A stretch of 38,083 nt of DNA from Nitrospiraceae bacterium. Lineage in GTDB: Bacteria; Nitrospirota; Nitrospiria; Nitrospirales; Nitrospiraceae. The stretch covers positions 1-38,083 of the forward strand of contig DATEPO010000278.1 of the NCBI GenBank assembly GCA_035273145.1. Direction: 5' to 3'. Positions 1-8,187 of this stretch are shown here, one piece after another (the first letter of the stretch is position 1; the number at the start of each line of letters is the position of its first letter). A program made the position numbers and the translations under genes. Under the pieces are notes generated by a model. It had not been told where the DNA came from, made no database searches, and saw only the letters and a list, made by a program, of their open reading frames with translations.

Positions 1-3000
1 CGTCAATCTGTACATTTCTCCTTTCCAGGGCGGAAAGGCGGAGCCAGCGGTGTCTTGTATCAGACTGCCGACATACGCCACATCGATTCGGTAGTCCAGG
101 TCGATGTCGATGGTTGATACATCAGCCATAAGTGCCTGATAGCTCGGGTTGAGCGATACCGAGACCGGCAAAACTTTTTTTGTCGGTGTCGCCGTAAGAT
201 CGTAGACATAGAGTCGCGACCCTTGCTGAATCGTATCGACCTTGTAATTCGTCGGTCCTGAGCCGAACAACACATACCAAATAGCGCCTGCTGGATCGGT
301 TTTACAATTCGGTATCGAGCACGATGGTTTCGCACGAAGCACTGATGGGTAACCCGTCGTAAAGCCCATATCGGCATCCGTGAAGCTCCAGAGAAACTGA
401 GGACCGGTCGTCGATTCAGGATCTGTAATGTCCAAGACAAAGTACGCGCTATAAAATTCGCGAGTATCGCCTGGATCCGTCGTAGTGCCATTCGCCGGGT
501 TGCTAAAATCAGCCGTGACCTTCATCGTCTTGACGGCATTGTTAGCTGCTTTACAATTTGGCGCGCCGCAACTGCCTCCCATACGAAATCCGCCGATCAG
601 GATGGTTCCCCAGCCACCGGGATGCGACACGCCCGGTTGTCCATTGATGCATGGAGATGGAGGAGTGCTGCCCGCTCCTGAATCGCAGAAGATCCGTACG
701 TCCGTTACCTTCGGCTTGAGATCGACATAGTACACATGGCTATAGTTATCGCTGGCCAGCCATCGTAAATGGGGCAAAAGCTGCATGGGAATAAAGGCCC
801 ACAGTTCATCGCCCAATGGTGCCGTATTTGTCCAAGGGTTGGAAGGGCGTTGGATTGTAAAGTATCCATGCTCCGTCTTCCCCGTAGTGCCGGGATCATC
901 ACCGCTGTTGTAAGAACCGCCGTTGAACGCGTGTAACATCCCATCATTAGCACCGGCATAGATTACTTGCCGACGATCTCTATACTTCTGAAAAAACTGT
1001 TGATAACTCGGATCCCCATAGATCACATCGTAGCGCTCTTTGGGAGCAGCGACCGTCGTCGGGCTCGAATTAATCACATCACCCAGCTTCCAGACTTTTT
1101 TGCTACCCGCTACGGTTATATTTCGATCACGCAGCAACAGATTTCCTGAGCTATCCGTAACATCTTGCCCTCGAATCCATTTGATAAGGCTATGTTCGTC
1201 GAAGGGGGACGCTGAGGCGGCCAAGTAAGGTTTTAGCTTGGAGGCATTCGTGTCATCAAATGAGATCAACTCATCGCTCGTAGCGAGCCCATCATTACTC
1301 AAATCAACCCACGTATAAATTTTTCGCGCAGTGGCATCCTTAAGGGCCAGTTGCTTGCCGGCTTCCCAAATTGGCGTTAGGCTGCTTAAATCGATATCCG
1401 GTGAGATCGGTATGGCTGTGTCCGGAGTTCCATTACCATCAGTATCTGTCATATCGGCCTTGCCGTCGCCGTCGCTATCTCTAAACCGTTGAACTTTGAC
1501 GGCCCCCGTTGTGCTGTTGTAGACCATTTTAATAATAAGATCGTCTTCATACACCTGTCGCTGATCAACTACGGTATCCTCCCGGAGATTTCCAAATTTA
1601 TCGACAAACAGTCCTTGCACATATCCGGTCCAGTTAATGGTGTTCAGTCCCTCCGTAACGGAAGGGAAGAAGTACGCTTGGTACAACGCCCCTTCTCCCG
1701 TTGACGAGCTGGCCAAGACCGAGGCCGACGTACCTGAGGCGCTCCGTTGAAGAATGCTGTTAATAGCTGCAATCAGTTTATCTTTGAGATCATCAGCATT
1801 CGTCGACTCAAAGTAAGTATCGGGCAAGCCATCTGATCCTTTTGCGCCAGTGTAATTATTGACGGCGTCCCACTCCTGTGCCAAATCGGGTATGTTGTTG
1901 CCATTGGCATCGACAAAGCCGCCGGCTTTCGCGGTATCTTTCAGAATATTTGCGCCCGTGCCGAAGGCAAAAAACGTATAGACCGTGAGATTATGGATAG
2001 TGGTATGATCATCCCCCGGAATCGGAGGTGGGGTGACAGCCGGAGTGATTAAGGGCAACGAACCGCTTGCAGGACGCAAGTCAGTTGTGTGGGCATAATA
2101 GGCAACATCATCCACATAGTGGCTTCCAGAACCCTCGCACGGATCGCTCGTCGCACCACCGTTGTAGGCCGAACAAACGTCATCGTGGCCGGTGACATGC
2201 GGGAGCTTTGTATGCGCGATGTCCTGCAGGGCGGTCGGGATATTCAGATCCATGGTGGGTTGGCCATCTGTAAAAATAATGACAAAGCTCTTGCAGCATG
2301 GCACATATTGGCCTGGATTACTGGCCCACGGTGATTTGAAGTAATACGGATCGTGCGCTGCATTCACGGTATAATCAGTTCCGCCGAACGCAGGAGGGAC
2401 TTGAGCGAAGTACCGCGTTGCTTCGTACAACGATTCAGCCAGCGGGGTCCACGTCCCGGCCGACGTATTTTCAATGGCATTGACCATCGAAGGAGTATCA
2501 GTGCCGACATCCGCCCATACTTTTCCCCCGTCAAGGGTGCCGGACTTGAATTCCATGAGACCAAAACGTGCCTTGTTCCCAAGCGTCTGGATAAGGCCGG
2601 TGGGCTCTCCGGAAACATCCACCGTGAGTGAATAACTCGTCGCCGAGCCGCTACAGCTCGAATTCAAGATCGTCAGATTAGTACCATCTCTAAAAAAGCA
2701 CTTCGTCCCTGAAAGAGGCGATACGCCGACCGCTGAAAAAATTACGCCGACCGCGTCCCGGCTACTATTCTCGAGCGTCAACTTTCCTCCCGGATAGCAG
2801 TTGCCGCTTACGCGGGGCGCGCACTTTCCTCCCATCATAGCCCACTTAGCAATTTCAATACGGGTCATCGTAATGTAGTTAAGAAAACTGCCGTCCCATT
2901 GGCCATGAGCTCCGCAGGAATCACTGCCAGGAATGGGACGGAGTATTCCCGGCGTAAATCGATTTGATCCGTAGGTATAACAGAGGGTCTGATCGAAATA

Positions 3001-3297
3001 GCCGGCATAGCCGCCCGGTTTGTTCGGATCATAGACATTCGTGCCTGTCGGTTGAGTGGCTGGCCCTGGAGGAGTGGAGGTACTAGGGTGGTACGCTGAA
3101 TTATCCATGCTGCCAGAATTATCCATCAAAAGCAGAATGTTCGGCGGAACCACATTCGGAAGAAACGGTGGCAGCGCCGTATAGTCCCCATTGGATGGAG
3201 CACTTACGGCTGCCGCCCATGCTGACGTTAATTGGTTTAATAAAACAAGTACGAGCAAAAGAACTAGACTCACCATGCTTTTCGCTTGGCGATTCAT
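1..3297 (-). CDS. pilY1: PilY1-like type IV pilus tip adhesin/biogenesis protein (N-terminal vWA domain plus C-terminal PilY1 beta-propeller). The C-terminus runs off the left window edge.
   Basis: It is absent from the ORF track because this frame reaches no stop inside the window. I read the minus-strand frame anchored on the ATG at 3297 triplet by triplet and found no in-frame stop down to position 1 (1099 codons). GAGGAGG lies 8 nt upstream of the ATG. The product begins MNRQAKSMVSLVLLLVLVLLNQLTSAWA (signal peptide), followed by the vWA MIDAS ILLLMDNSGSM. PilY1 hallmark blocks follow: KVWKLGDVINSSP, YAGANDGMLHAFN, DELWAFIP, GGWGTILIGGFRMGG, YFVLDITDP, YVLFGSGP. Confidence 0.9.
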   Translation of the reverse strand, partial: MNRQAKSMVSLVLLLVLVLLNQLTSAWAAAVSAPSNGDYTALPPFLPNVVPPNILLLMDNSGSMDNSAYHPSTSTPPGPATQPTGTNVYDPNKPGGYAGYFDQTLCYTYGSNRFTPGILRPIPGSDSCGAHGQWDGSFLNYITMTRIEIAKWAMMGGKCAPRVSGNCYPGGKLTLENSSRDAVGVIFSAVGVSPLSGTKCFFRDGTNLTILNSSCSGSATSYSLTVDVSGEPTGLIQTLGNKARFGLMEFKSGTLDGGKVWADVGTDTPSMVNAIENTSAGTWTPLAESLYEATRYFAQVPPAFGGTDYTVNAAHDPYYFKSPWASNPGQYVPCCKSFVIIFTDGQPTMDLNIPTALQDIAHTKLPHVTGHDDVCSAYNGGATSDPCEGSGSHYVDDVAYYAHTTDLRPASGSLPLITPAVTPPPIPGDDHTTIHNLTVYTFFAFGTGANILKDTAKAGGFVDANGNNIPDLAQEWDAVNNYTGAKGSDGLPDTYFESTNADDLKDKLIAAINSILQRSASGTSASVLASSSTGEGALYQAYFFPSVTEGLNTINWTGYVQGLFVDKFGNLREDTVVDQRQVYEDDLIIKMVYNSTTGAVKVQRFRDSDGDGKADMTDTDGNGTPDTAIPISPDIDLSSLTPIWEAGKQLALKDATARKIYTWVDLSNDGLATSDELISFDDTNASKLKPYLAASASPFDEHSLIKWIRGQDVTDSSGNLLLRDRNITVAGSKKVWKLGDVINSSPTTVAAPKERYDVIYGDPSYQQFFQKYRDRRQVIYAGANDGMLHAFNGGSYNSGDDPGTTGKTEHGYFTIQRPSNPWTNTAPLGDELWAFIPMQLLPHLRWLASDNYSHVYYVDLKPKVTDVRIFCDSGAGSTPPSPCINGQPGVSHPGGWGTILIGGFRMGGSCGAPNCKAANNAVKTMKVTADFSNPANGTTTDPGDTREFYSAYFVLDITDPESTTGPQFLWSFTDADMGFTTGYPSVLRAKPSCSIPNCKTDPAGAIWYVLFGSGPTNYKVDTIQQGSRLYVYDLTATPTKKVLPVSVSLNPSYQALMADVSTIDIDLDYRIDVAYVGSLIQDTAGSAFPPWKGEMYRLT

Positions 3298-3367
3298 GGT
3301 TCGTTCCTCCTCATCAACATCAAATCTCGCATTCTTACCATCCAATGCAGCCTATTTTCCGCCCTCA

Positions 3368-3733
3368 TCATTTGGGAAGAACCAGCACAAGTTGATCAAT
3401 GAGCCCTTGCCTGAGATGAAAGGCGACTCGATCGCCTATACTGATATTCTTTAATTCCAGCGGCTGTTCTCGATCGTCTTTAATCACGACGTCGTCAGTT
3501 ACGATATACGGCTTACTTCCGATTACCACTTGCTTGAGGCCAATCGCCGTCACTTCGCCCCGCATCAAATTAATCATTGAAGTCGTTGACTGTCCCAAGG
3601 AAATGGAAGGAGCCATAATCGATGCATTGAGAGCCATAAACGATAATGCGATCCACAGTAATGTCTCTCCAAACCAGCCGGCAATCCAGGTGTGTCGTTC
3701 TCTTTTCTTTTCGCCATAGTGGACATTCGCCAT
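3368..3733 (-). CDS. Small single-pass membrane protein of unknown function, embedded between pilX and pilY1
   Basis: The track ORF 3368..3760 starts at a TTG. The internal ATG at 3733 is preceded by AGGAG at 5 nt, and that AGGAG overlaps the pilX stop codon (TAGGAGATCCTATG). The product MANVHYGEKKRERHTWIAGWFGETLLWIALSFMALNA... has a short basic N-terminus, one hydrophobic helix and a C-terminal domain of about 75 aa. I recognise no family. Confidence 0.55.
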   Translation of the reverse strand: MANVHYGEKKRERHTWIAGWFGETLLWIALSFMALNASIMAPSISLGQSTTSMINLMRGEVTAIGLKQVVIGSKPYIVTDDVVIKDDREQPLELKNISIGDRVAFHLRQGLIDQLVLVLPK

Positions 3734-3741
3734 AGGATCTC

Positions 3742-4374
3742 CTAGATCTTTCGTTGACAACTTTCACCGGTAGCTGTACAAGCATAAACAGCAGTGATCT
3801 GGCTGGAAATGTTCGTCGCTGCATCAGTGGCGACACAATCGATGCGATACATGATATCGACGCCTCCACCGCCTGCTCCCGCTGCCGCTCCCTCGTAACC
3901 CGATGCGAACTGAATGGCCCCGCCGGATTTGGTCTGTGCATACAACCTGTCAATATCCCCATTAACTTGGAATACACCGATCGTTGCCTGTGTGTTGGGA
4001 GGGACTGAACTAGGACCATCCGTATTGTTATCCAACTGGCCCATTATTTCCTGTTCCAGCGACAATTGATTCGCATCTGGGACAGGCCCACCCAAGCTCA
4101 CCTTAAAAGTATCCGGCACTTTCGATTGATCAATAGTTTGCTGAATGACATTCACTCCCGTGCCGATGCACGATTCAGCAGCGGTCGCAGCCGCTTCGCC
4201 GGATCGCTGGAATCCCGCCATTCGATTTTCCAAACCAGTGACCGTCAGCGCAGCAATGCCGATAACGGCCATAATAACCATGACCACCATAACTGTGACC
4301 AAGGCCATGCCCTGTTGACCTTTTGAGGAACACCGAATAGATAGTCGATTCATAAGTCTTTTTACGGGCATCAT
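3742..4374 (-). CDS. pilX: PilX-like minor pilin, module B (E5-less capping pilin)
   Basis: The N-terminus ...SSKGQQG|MALVTVMVVMVIMAVIGIAALTVTGLENRMAGFQRSGEAAATAAESC fits the PilX N-terminal pattern: Gly, a hydrophobic helix, no Glu at +5, and an E.RMAG.QR block. Its start overlaps the stop of upstream pilW in an ATGA (4371-4374). Confidence 0.75.
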   Translation of the reverse strand: MMPVKRLMNRLSIRCSSKGQQGMALVTVMVVMVIMAVIGIAALTVTGLENRMAGFQRSGEAAATAAESCIGTGVNVIQQTIDQSKVPDTFKVSLGGPVPDANQLSLEQEIMGQLDNNTDGPSSVPPNTQATIGVFQVNGDIDRLYAQTKSGGAIQFASGYEGAAAGAGGGGVDIMYRIDCVATDAATNISSQITAVYACTATGESCQRKI

Positions 4375-5477
4375 AAACCGATGTTCCTGGCTTCAACGGT
4401 CCTGGTAATCACTCTACGCCTGAACTGTGCGTACGTAGACAGCGCATATCCAGGGTCTCCCGGTGCAGAGGGGTTGTGATCTTCTATTAAGAGAGGACCA
4501 GGGGTGTTGGCTTGCCTGACAGTGCCCTCACCAAATCCCTGCTCGTTTTGAGCTTCTCGAGCCACCACATTGATGCGTACCAAACGAATGGCATCAGGCG
4601 TCATCGGACTAGTGGCCCAAGTGCTGTTAGACACAAAATCAGTCGCGTCGAACGTATTGTTAAGAGCGCCTTGATCATCAATCACCAAATCGGCGATGCC
4701 ACCGTTGGCAGCTACATTACAGCCATCACACCCATAGGCTAACTGTAAGTCTTCAATTCCTTCCGCAATGACAAAACAGGCAGCGGCCCCGCCTGCTCCA
4801 TTGCAATCGATTTTCCCGCCGAGCGTTGGAGCAGATACCCCGCGCGCCAAGCAGGGTACATTTGCGCCGCAGATGGCAGCCGTATTTGCCCCCCCGGCCT
4901 GCATCACTTGATACGTCACACACTGGATCAAATAAACAGGCGTACCGGCGGGGAATGCTACCGGCGCTGCTATGGTTGACCCCAGAGTAAGGTTGTTCCC
5001 CGTCTGAGTTGCTACTGTCGCGGAAATCACACCGCCTATAGAAATAAGAGAATTGGGATTAAAGCCCGAAGCAGATACGAGCTTAAGAGGATTGGTATTC
5101 GTCCCGAACGGGCCGGTTACTGACGCAGCAAGTGAGGAGGTGGTAGTCGGAATAACCATTGAAATCGAATCTGGACCTGTATCGGCCCCACCTACGTTAT
5201 TATCAGCAGGCACCATGGCTGAGGCGCAATTTCCAACTTGACCGGACATGCCGTATCCGGCCATTTTTATGTCATGCGACAAAAGCTCCATTGCTAGTCG
5301 GCCATTCTGCTGTGTCTGGGCAGTTTGATCATTGACACGGGTTGCTTTACTACTGCTTGTCAGTGCAGTAAACGCAGCGGCAGTGATAATGACAGCGATG
5401 GTCGTACCAATCATTAGTTCAAGCAAGGTAAAGCCTTCCTCGCCCATTCCTATCCTGCCCGCATTACGACTTGTCAT
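4371..5477 (-). CDS. pilW: PilW-like minor pilin, module B
   Basis: 368 aa. The prepilin signal is MTSRNAGRIGMGEEG|FTLLELMIGTTIAVIITAAAF with Glu at +5. It is followed by QTQQNGRLAMELLSHDIKMAGYG, which is typical of PilW. Confidence 0.75.
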   Translation of the reverse strand: MTSRNAGRIGMGEEGFTLLELMIGTTIAVIITAAAFTALTSSSKATRVNDQTAQTQQNGRLAMELLSHDIKMAGYGMSGQVGNCASAMVPADNNVGGADTGPDSISMVIPTTTSSLAASVTGPFGTNTNPLKLVSASGFNPNSLISIGGVISATVATQTGNNLTLGSTIAAPVAFPAGTPVYLIQCVTYQVMQAGGANTAAICGANVPCLARGVSAPTLGGKIDCNGAGGAAACFVIAEGIEDLQLAYGCDGCNVAANGGIADLVIDDQGALNNTFDATDFVSNSTWATSPMTPDAIRLVRINVVAREAQNEQGFGEGTVRQANTPGPLLIEDHNPSAPGDPGYALSTYAQFRRRVITRTVEARNIGL

Positions 5478-5483
5478 CGTTCT

Positions 5484-5987
5484 TTACTCCGGAGCGATCA
5501 CGCTGTTGAGCGTTACCCTTTTGGTCCGTGACGGACCAGTCCCGCTTCTCCACTGCACTTGAACTGTAACTTGGCTTTGATTCAGCGGTGGACTCGTCGG
5601 CCCAATAGGAATGACCGTGACAAGTCCTTGTACGTTAGCAAGGGACGCAGCATGAAGTTGCGTGTTTTCAAGGCGCGCTTTCCATTGTGTATAGTCGCCT
5701 ATCGCCATAACGTTTGACGCCGGCATAGAGCCACTATTCCAAGTATCGATGTTGGCATAGACAATGGCATTACGCCGATTGAACTGGATACGCTCGACCA
5801 TGTCGGCGGCAAGATTCGTTGCTAGGGTTAACTCATTCGCGTCTACGTTCCGACCTAACGCCATCCCTTGCATGCCCGCCAACGTGAGCAAACCTATGGC
5901 TAATACCACGGCGGCTAGCATGCCTTCGATAAGTGTAAATCCTGTTTCGCCGGACTGAAGAACAGTTTTTTGTTGCAAGCGCTGCAT
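5484..5987 (-). CDS. pilV: PilV-like minor pilin, module B
   Basis: The track ORF 5484..6053 overlaps the upstream gene by 41 nt. The ATG at 5987 gives MQRLQQKTVLQSGETG|FTLIEGMLAAVVLAIGLLTLAGMQ, a canonical prepilin leader with Glu at +5. Size and N-terminal pattern fit PilV. Confidence 0.7.
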   Translation of the reverse strand: MQRLQQKTVLQSGETGFTLIEGMLAAVVLAIGLLTLAGMQGMALGRNVDANELTLATNLAADMVERIQFNRRNAIVYANIDTWNSGSMPASNVMAIGDYTQWKARLENTQLHAASLANVQGLVTVIPIGPTSPPLNQSQVTVQVQWRSGTGPSRTKRVTLNSVIAPE

Positions 5988-6012
5988 GTTGCTCAATTTC
6001 AATTTACTCGGA

Positions 6013-6576
6013 TTAGCTGCACCTGGCTGCCGCACACCAACGTACTTTTCCACCCGGTGTCACAACAATGGAGTAAGTCAAATTATCAGTATTGGTAAGC
6101 GTGACATATTGGTTGAGATCAGGCGCTGGAGGAACAGGCCCGCCGATACGGAGTCCTAATGAACCGATTTGGACAGTGGTTCCTCCGGTAACTAGCGAGG
6201 CCGTAATGTTTCTGCTTGCTAAGGGCATCGAAGGGACCGTCAGAACGGTGGCGGGTGGAACCGTATTCAATATTCGTGTAAAGGTCGCGCCATTCACTCC
6301 GCAAGACGTTGTATCAGGCGGGCACGCGATAGGACCGATCGTCATGGTCACGGTGGAATTAACACTCATAGCCGTCATCCGCGCCAAGGCTAAATTGCTC
6401 TGCAGGTCAGTAGCCGCCTGTCTTAATTGATAGGTTCTGTTCCACACCAAATAATTCGGCACCGCAATGGCGGCGGTTATGCCGATAATGACGACAACCG
6501 TCATGATCTCAAGCATTGAAGATCCACGTTCATTGGAAGAAATGGTGCGGAGAGCTTTCGCTAAGGAGATAGACAT
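6013..6576 (-). CDS. FimT/FimU (GspH-like) minor pilin, module B
   Basis: The track ORF extends to 6741, but its first 55 codons are S/T/R-rich and overlap the upstream gene. The ATG at 6576 gives MSISLAKALRTISSNERG|SSMLEIMTVVVIIGITAAIAVPNY, with Glu at +5 kept and an unusual Ser at +1. It is followed by LRQAATDLQSNLALARMTAMS, a GspH/FimT-type block. Confidence 0.65.
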   Translation of the reverse strand: MSISLAKALRTISSNERGSSMLEIMTVVVIIGITAAIAVPNYLVWNRTYQLRQAATDLQSNLALARMTAMSVNSTVTMTIGPIACPPDTTSCGVNGATFTRILNTVPPATVLTVPSMPLASRNITASLVTGGTTVQIGSLGLRIGGPVPPAPDLNQYVTLTNTDNLTYSIVVTPGGKVRWCAAARCS

Positions 6577-6722
6577 AGCGGGAGAAAGTGTAGCACGCGT
6601 TGTGCCGATCACCGTTCTTCCGTCTACGCCCCAGTAAGTAATTGAATTTGTAGTATGTCTGGAGGGACTGAGGGAATTGTACGAGAAGCGAATAAAGGCC
6701 TGGATCGACGATTTCCGGCAGC

Positions 6723-8171
6723 TTAGTACTTTTCCTGCCAAGTGCCCGGAGCGACGTATACGATGGGAAGACCTCGAAACAGCCCGTTTCGGAAGTCGTA
6801 GTCATACCACACTTCAATGGGGATCGGCGTGCTGACGGCAGGTAGGATTCGGCCTTCTATAAGAAGGGCTCCAAAGATACGGGGGCTGCCCTCATAGAAA
6901 AGGTCTCCAGGTGTCGACAGTACACCATTAAGATGAACACTTGGCAAGGTGACAGGCGCCCGAGCGGCGAATGAAGAAGATCCCTCCTTGGGAGGGCTTA
7001 GAACCGGCACAGATTTTCCCACTCCACGCGGCTTCAGCTGAACATGGGCGTTCACGACAAATAGCCCCTCGGCATAGTCCGTTTCTATTGTGACCGTACC
7101 AAGATTGTCCGGGCGAGGCGGCAGTTGATCTAAGGTGTCAATAAAGACAAGCCCGCGATTGTGTCCAACTGCCTGAGACTTGAAAGCTTCTTCAATTGTC
7201 AATCCGTGATCTGACGCGATCGCGCCATTGCGATAGAGGAATCCGCTCGCATCACGAGAGTAGTAGGAGCCATGTTGAATGGCGTGCTTCTTTAGAAGCT
7301 CATACGGCCATACGTCTTGATGGAGGCCCGGGAACGGATCCTGTCGCGCATACACATTGGCAGGTAGCGTGGCCGGACCTACGGATGAAGGAGTAAGGAG
7401 GGCATCCCCGCCAGTCCAAATCGTCAGCCAACGATCTTCGCGACTCACCATATCTGCATAGGATTGTCCAGTAATTGGCGCAAATCCCGTCTTCACAGGA
7501 ACATCCTCACGGCGACCTAGTTGCACATTCCCTTTTGCTTTCAGGTCGCCCCAATGAACCCAAACCGGCAGAGGCGCGTCCGATGTCAGGGTCACTCCAC
7601 TGTTGCCCACTTGCACTCCTGCCCGAAGCGGTGGCGTGACAAGCGCACCGAGCTGCAGTGCAACGGTCCGGGTGTGATGTTTCGCGTTTGCGGTAACCTC
7701 GACTGAACAAAGAAGACCAGGTCGAGTCGGCCCATACACTTTCAACGTTTGGATGCGCCCCAATGAATGTAACGATCGGAACCAGCCATCAACGGGATCA
7801 TTTAAAATACGATCATTCCCCGGCTGTGTCGCATCGTACAAAAGGTCCGGCGTGGCACTGGTACCTGAAAACTGCGAACGGCCTGACGCATCGAAAAATG
7901 ATGAGCCGCTGTCGGGAAGATCAAAGCGTTTCGACAAGACGGTACTCGCGTCGATGGGCGTAGTGTTTGTATTGTGAAACCACCGGATAATTACGTCGGA
8001 ACCTGCTTCGGCCACATGTCGAGCCGTGGCCTCATCCTTATTGGCGGCGACCTGTAGAATTTCTTGGACGGCAAGATTCATAGACGCCATGCCTAACAGG
8101 GTGAGCATGAGCACGATCATGAGCACGCCAAGTAGCACCGCTCCTCGCTCCGAATGCGTCTGTTCAGTCAT
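6723..8171 (-). CDS. Large PilX/GspK-like E5-less minor pilin, module A (482 aa)
   Basis: The track ORF is 6723..8279. The ATG at 8171, 16 nt after the upstream stop, gives MTEQTHSERG|AVLLGVLMIVLMLTLLGMASMNLAVQEILQVAANKDEATARHVAEAG, which is PilX_N-like with no Glu at +5. About 400 further residues carry no motif I recognise. Confidence 0.6.
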   Translation of the reverse strand: MTEQTHSERGAVLLGVLMIVLMLTLLGMASMNLAVQEILQVAANKDEATARHVAEAGSDVIIRWFHNTNTTPIDASTVLSKRFDLPDSGSSFFDASGRSQFSGTSATPDLLYDATQPGNDRILNDPVDGWFRSLHSLGRIQTLKVYGPTRPGLLCSVEVTANAKHHTRTVALQLGALVTPPLRAGVQVGNSGVTLTSDAPLPVWVHWGDLKAKGNVQLGRREDVPVKTGFAPITGQSYADMVSREDRWLTIWTGGDALLTPSSVGPATLPANVYARQDPFPGLHQDVWPYELLKKHAIQHGSYYSRDASGFLYRNGAIASDHGLTIEEAFKSQAVGHNRGLVFIDTLDQLPPRPDNLGTVTIETDYAEGLFVVNAHVQLKPRGVGKSVPVLSPPKEGSSSFAARAPVTLPSVHLNGVLSTPGDLFYEGSPRIFGALLIEGRILPAVSTPIPIEVWYDYDFRNGLFRGLPIVYVAPGTWQEKY

Positions 8172-8187
8172 GTCATTCACTCTCTGT

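Noticed and set aside
60-2631. Short track ORFs inside the first 3.3 kb, for example 60..491(-), 705..959(-) and 2353..2631(+).
   Set aside because: All lie in other frames of the region occupied by the long open PilY1 frame. Their translations are low-complexity (R/S/C-rich) and lack start signals.
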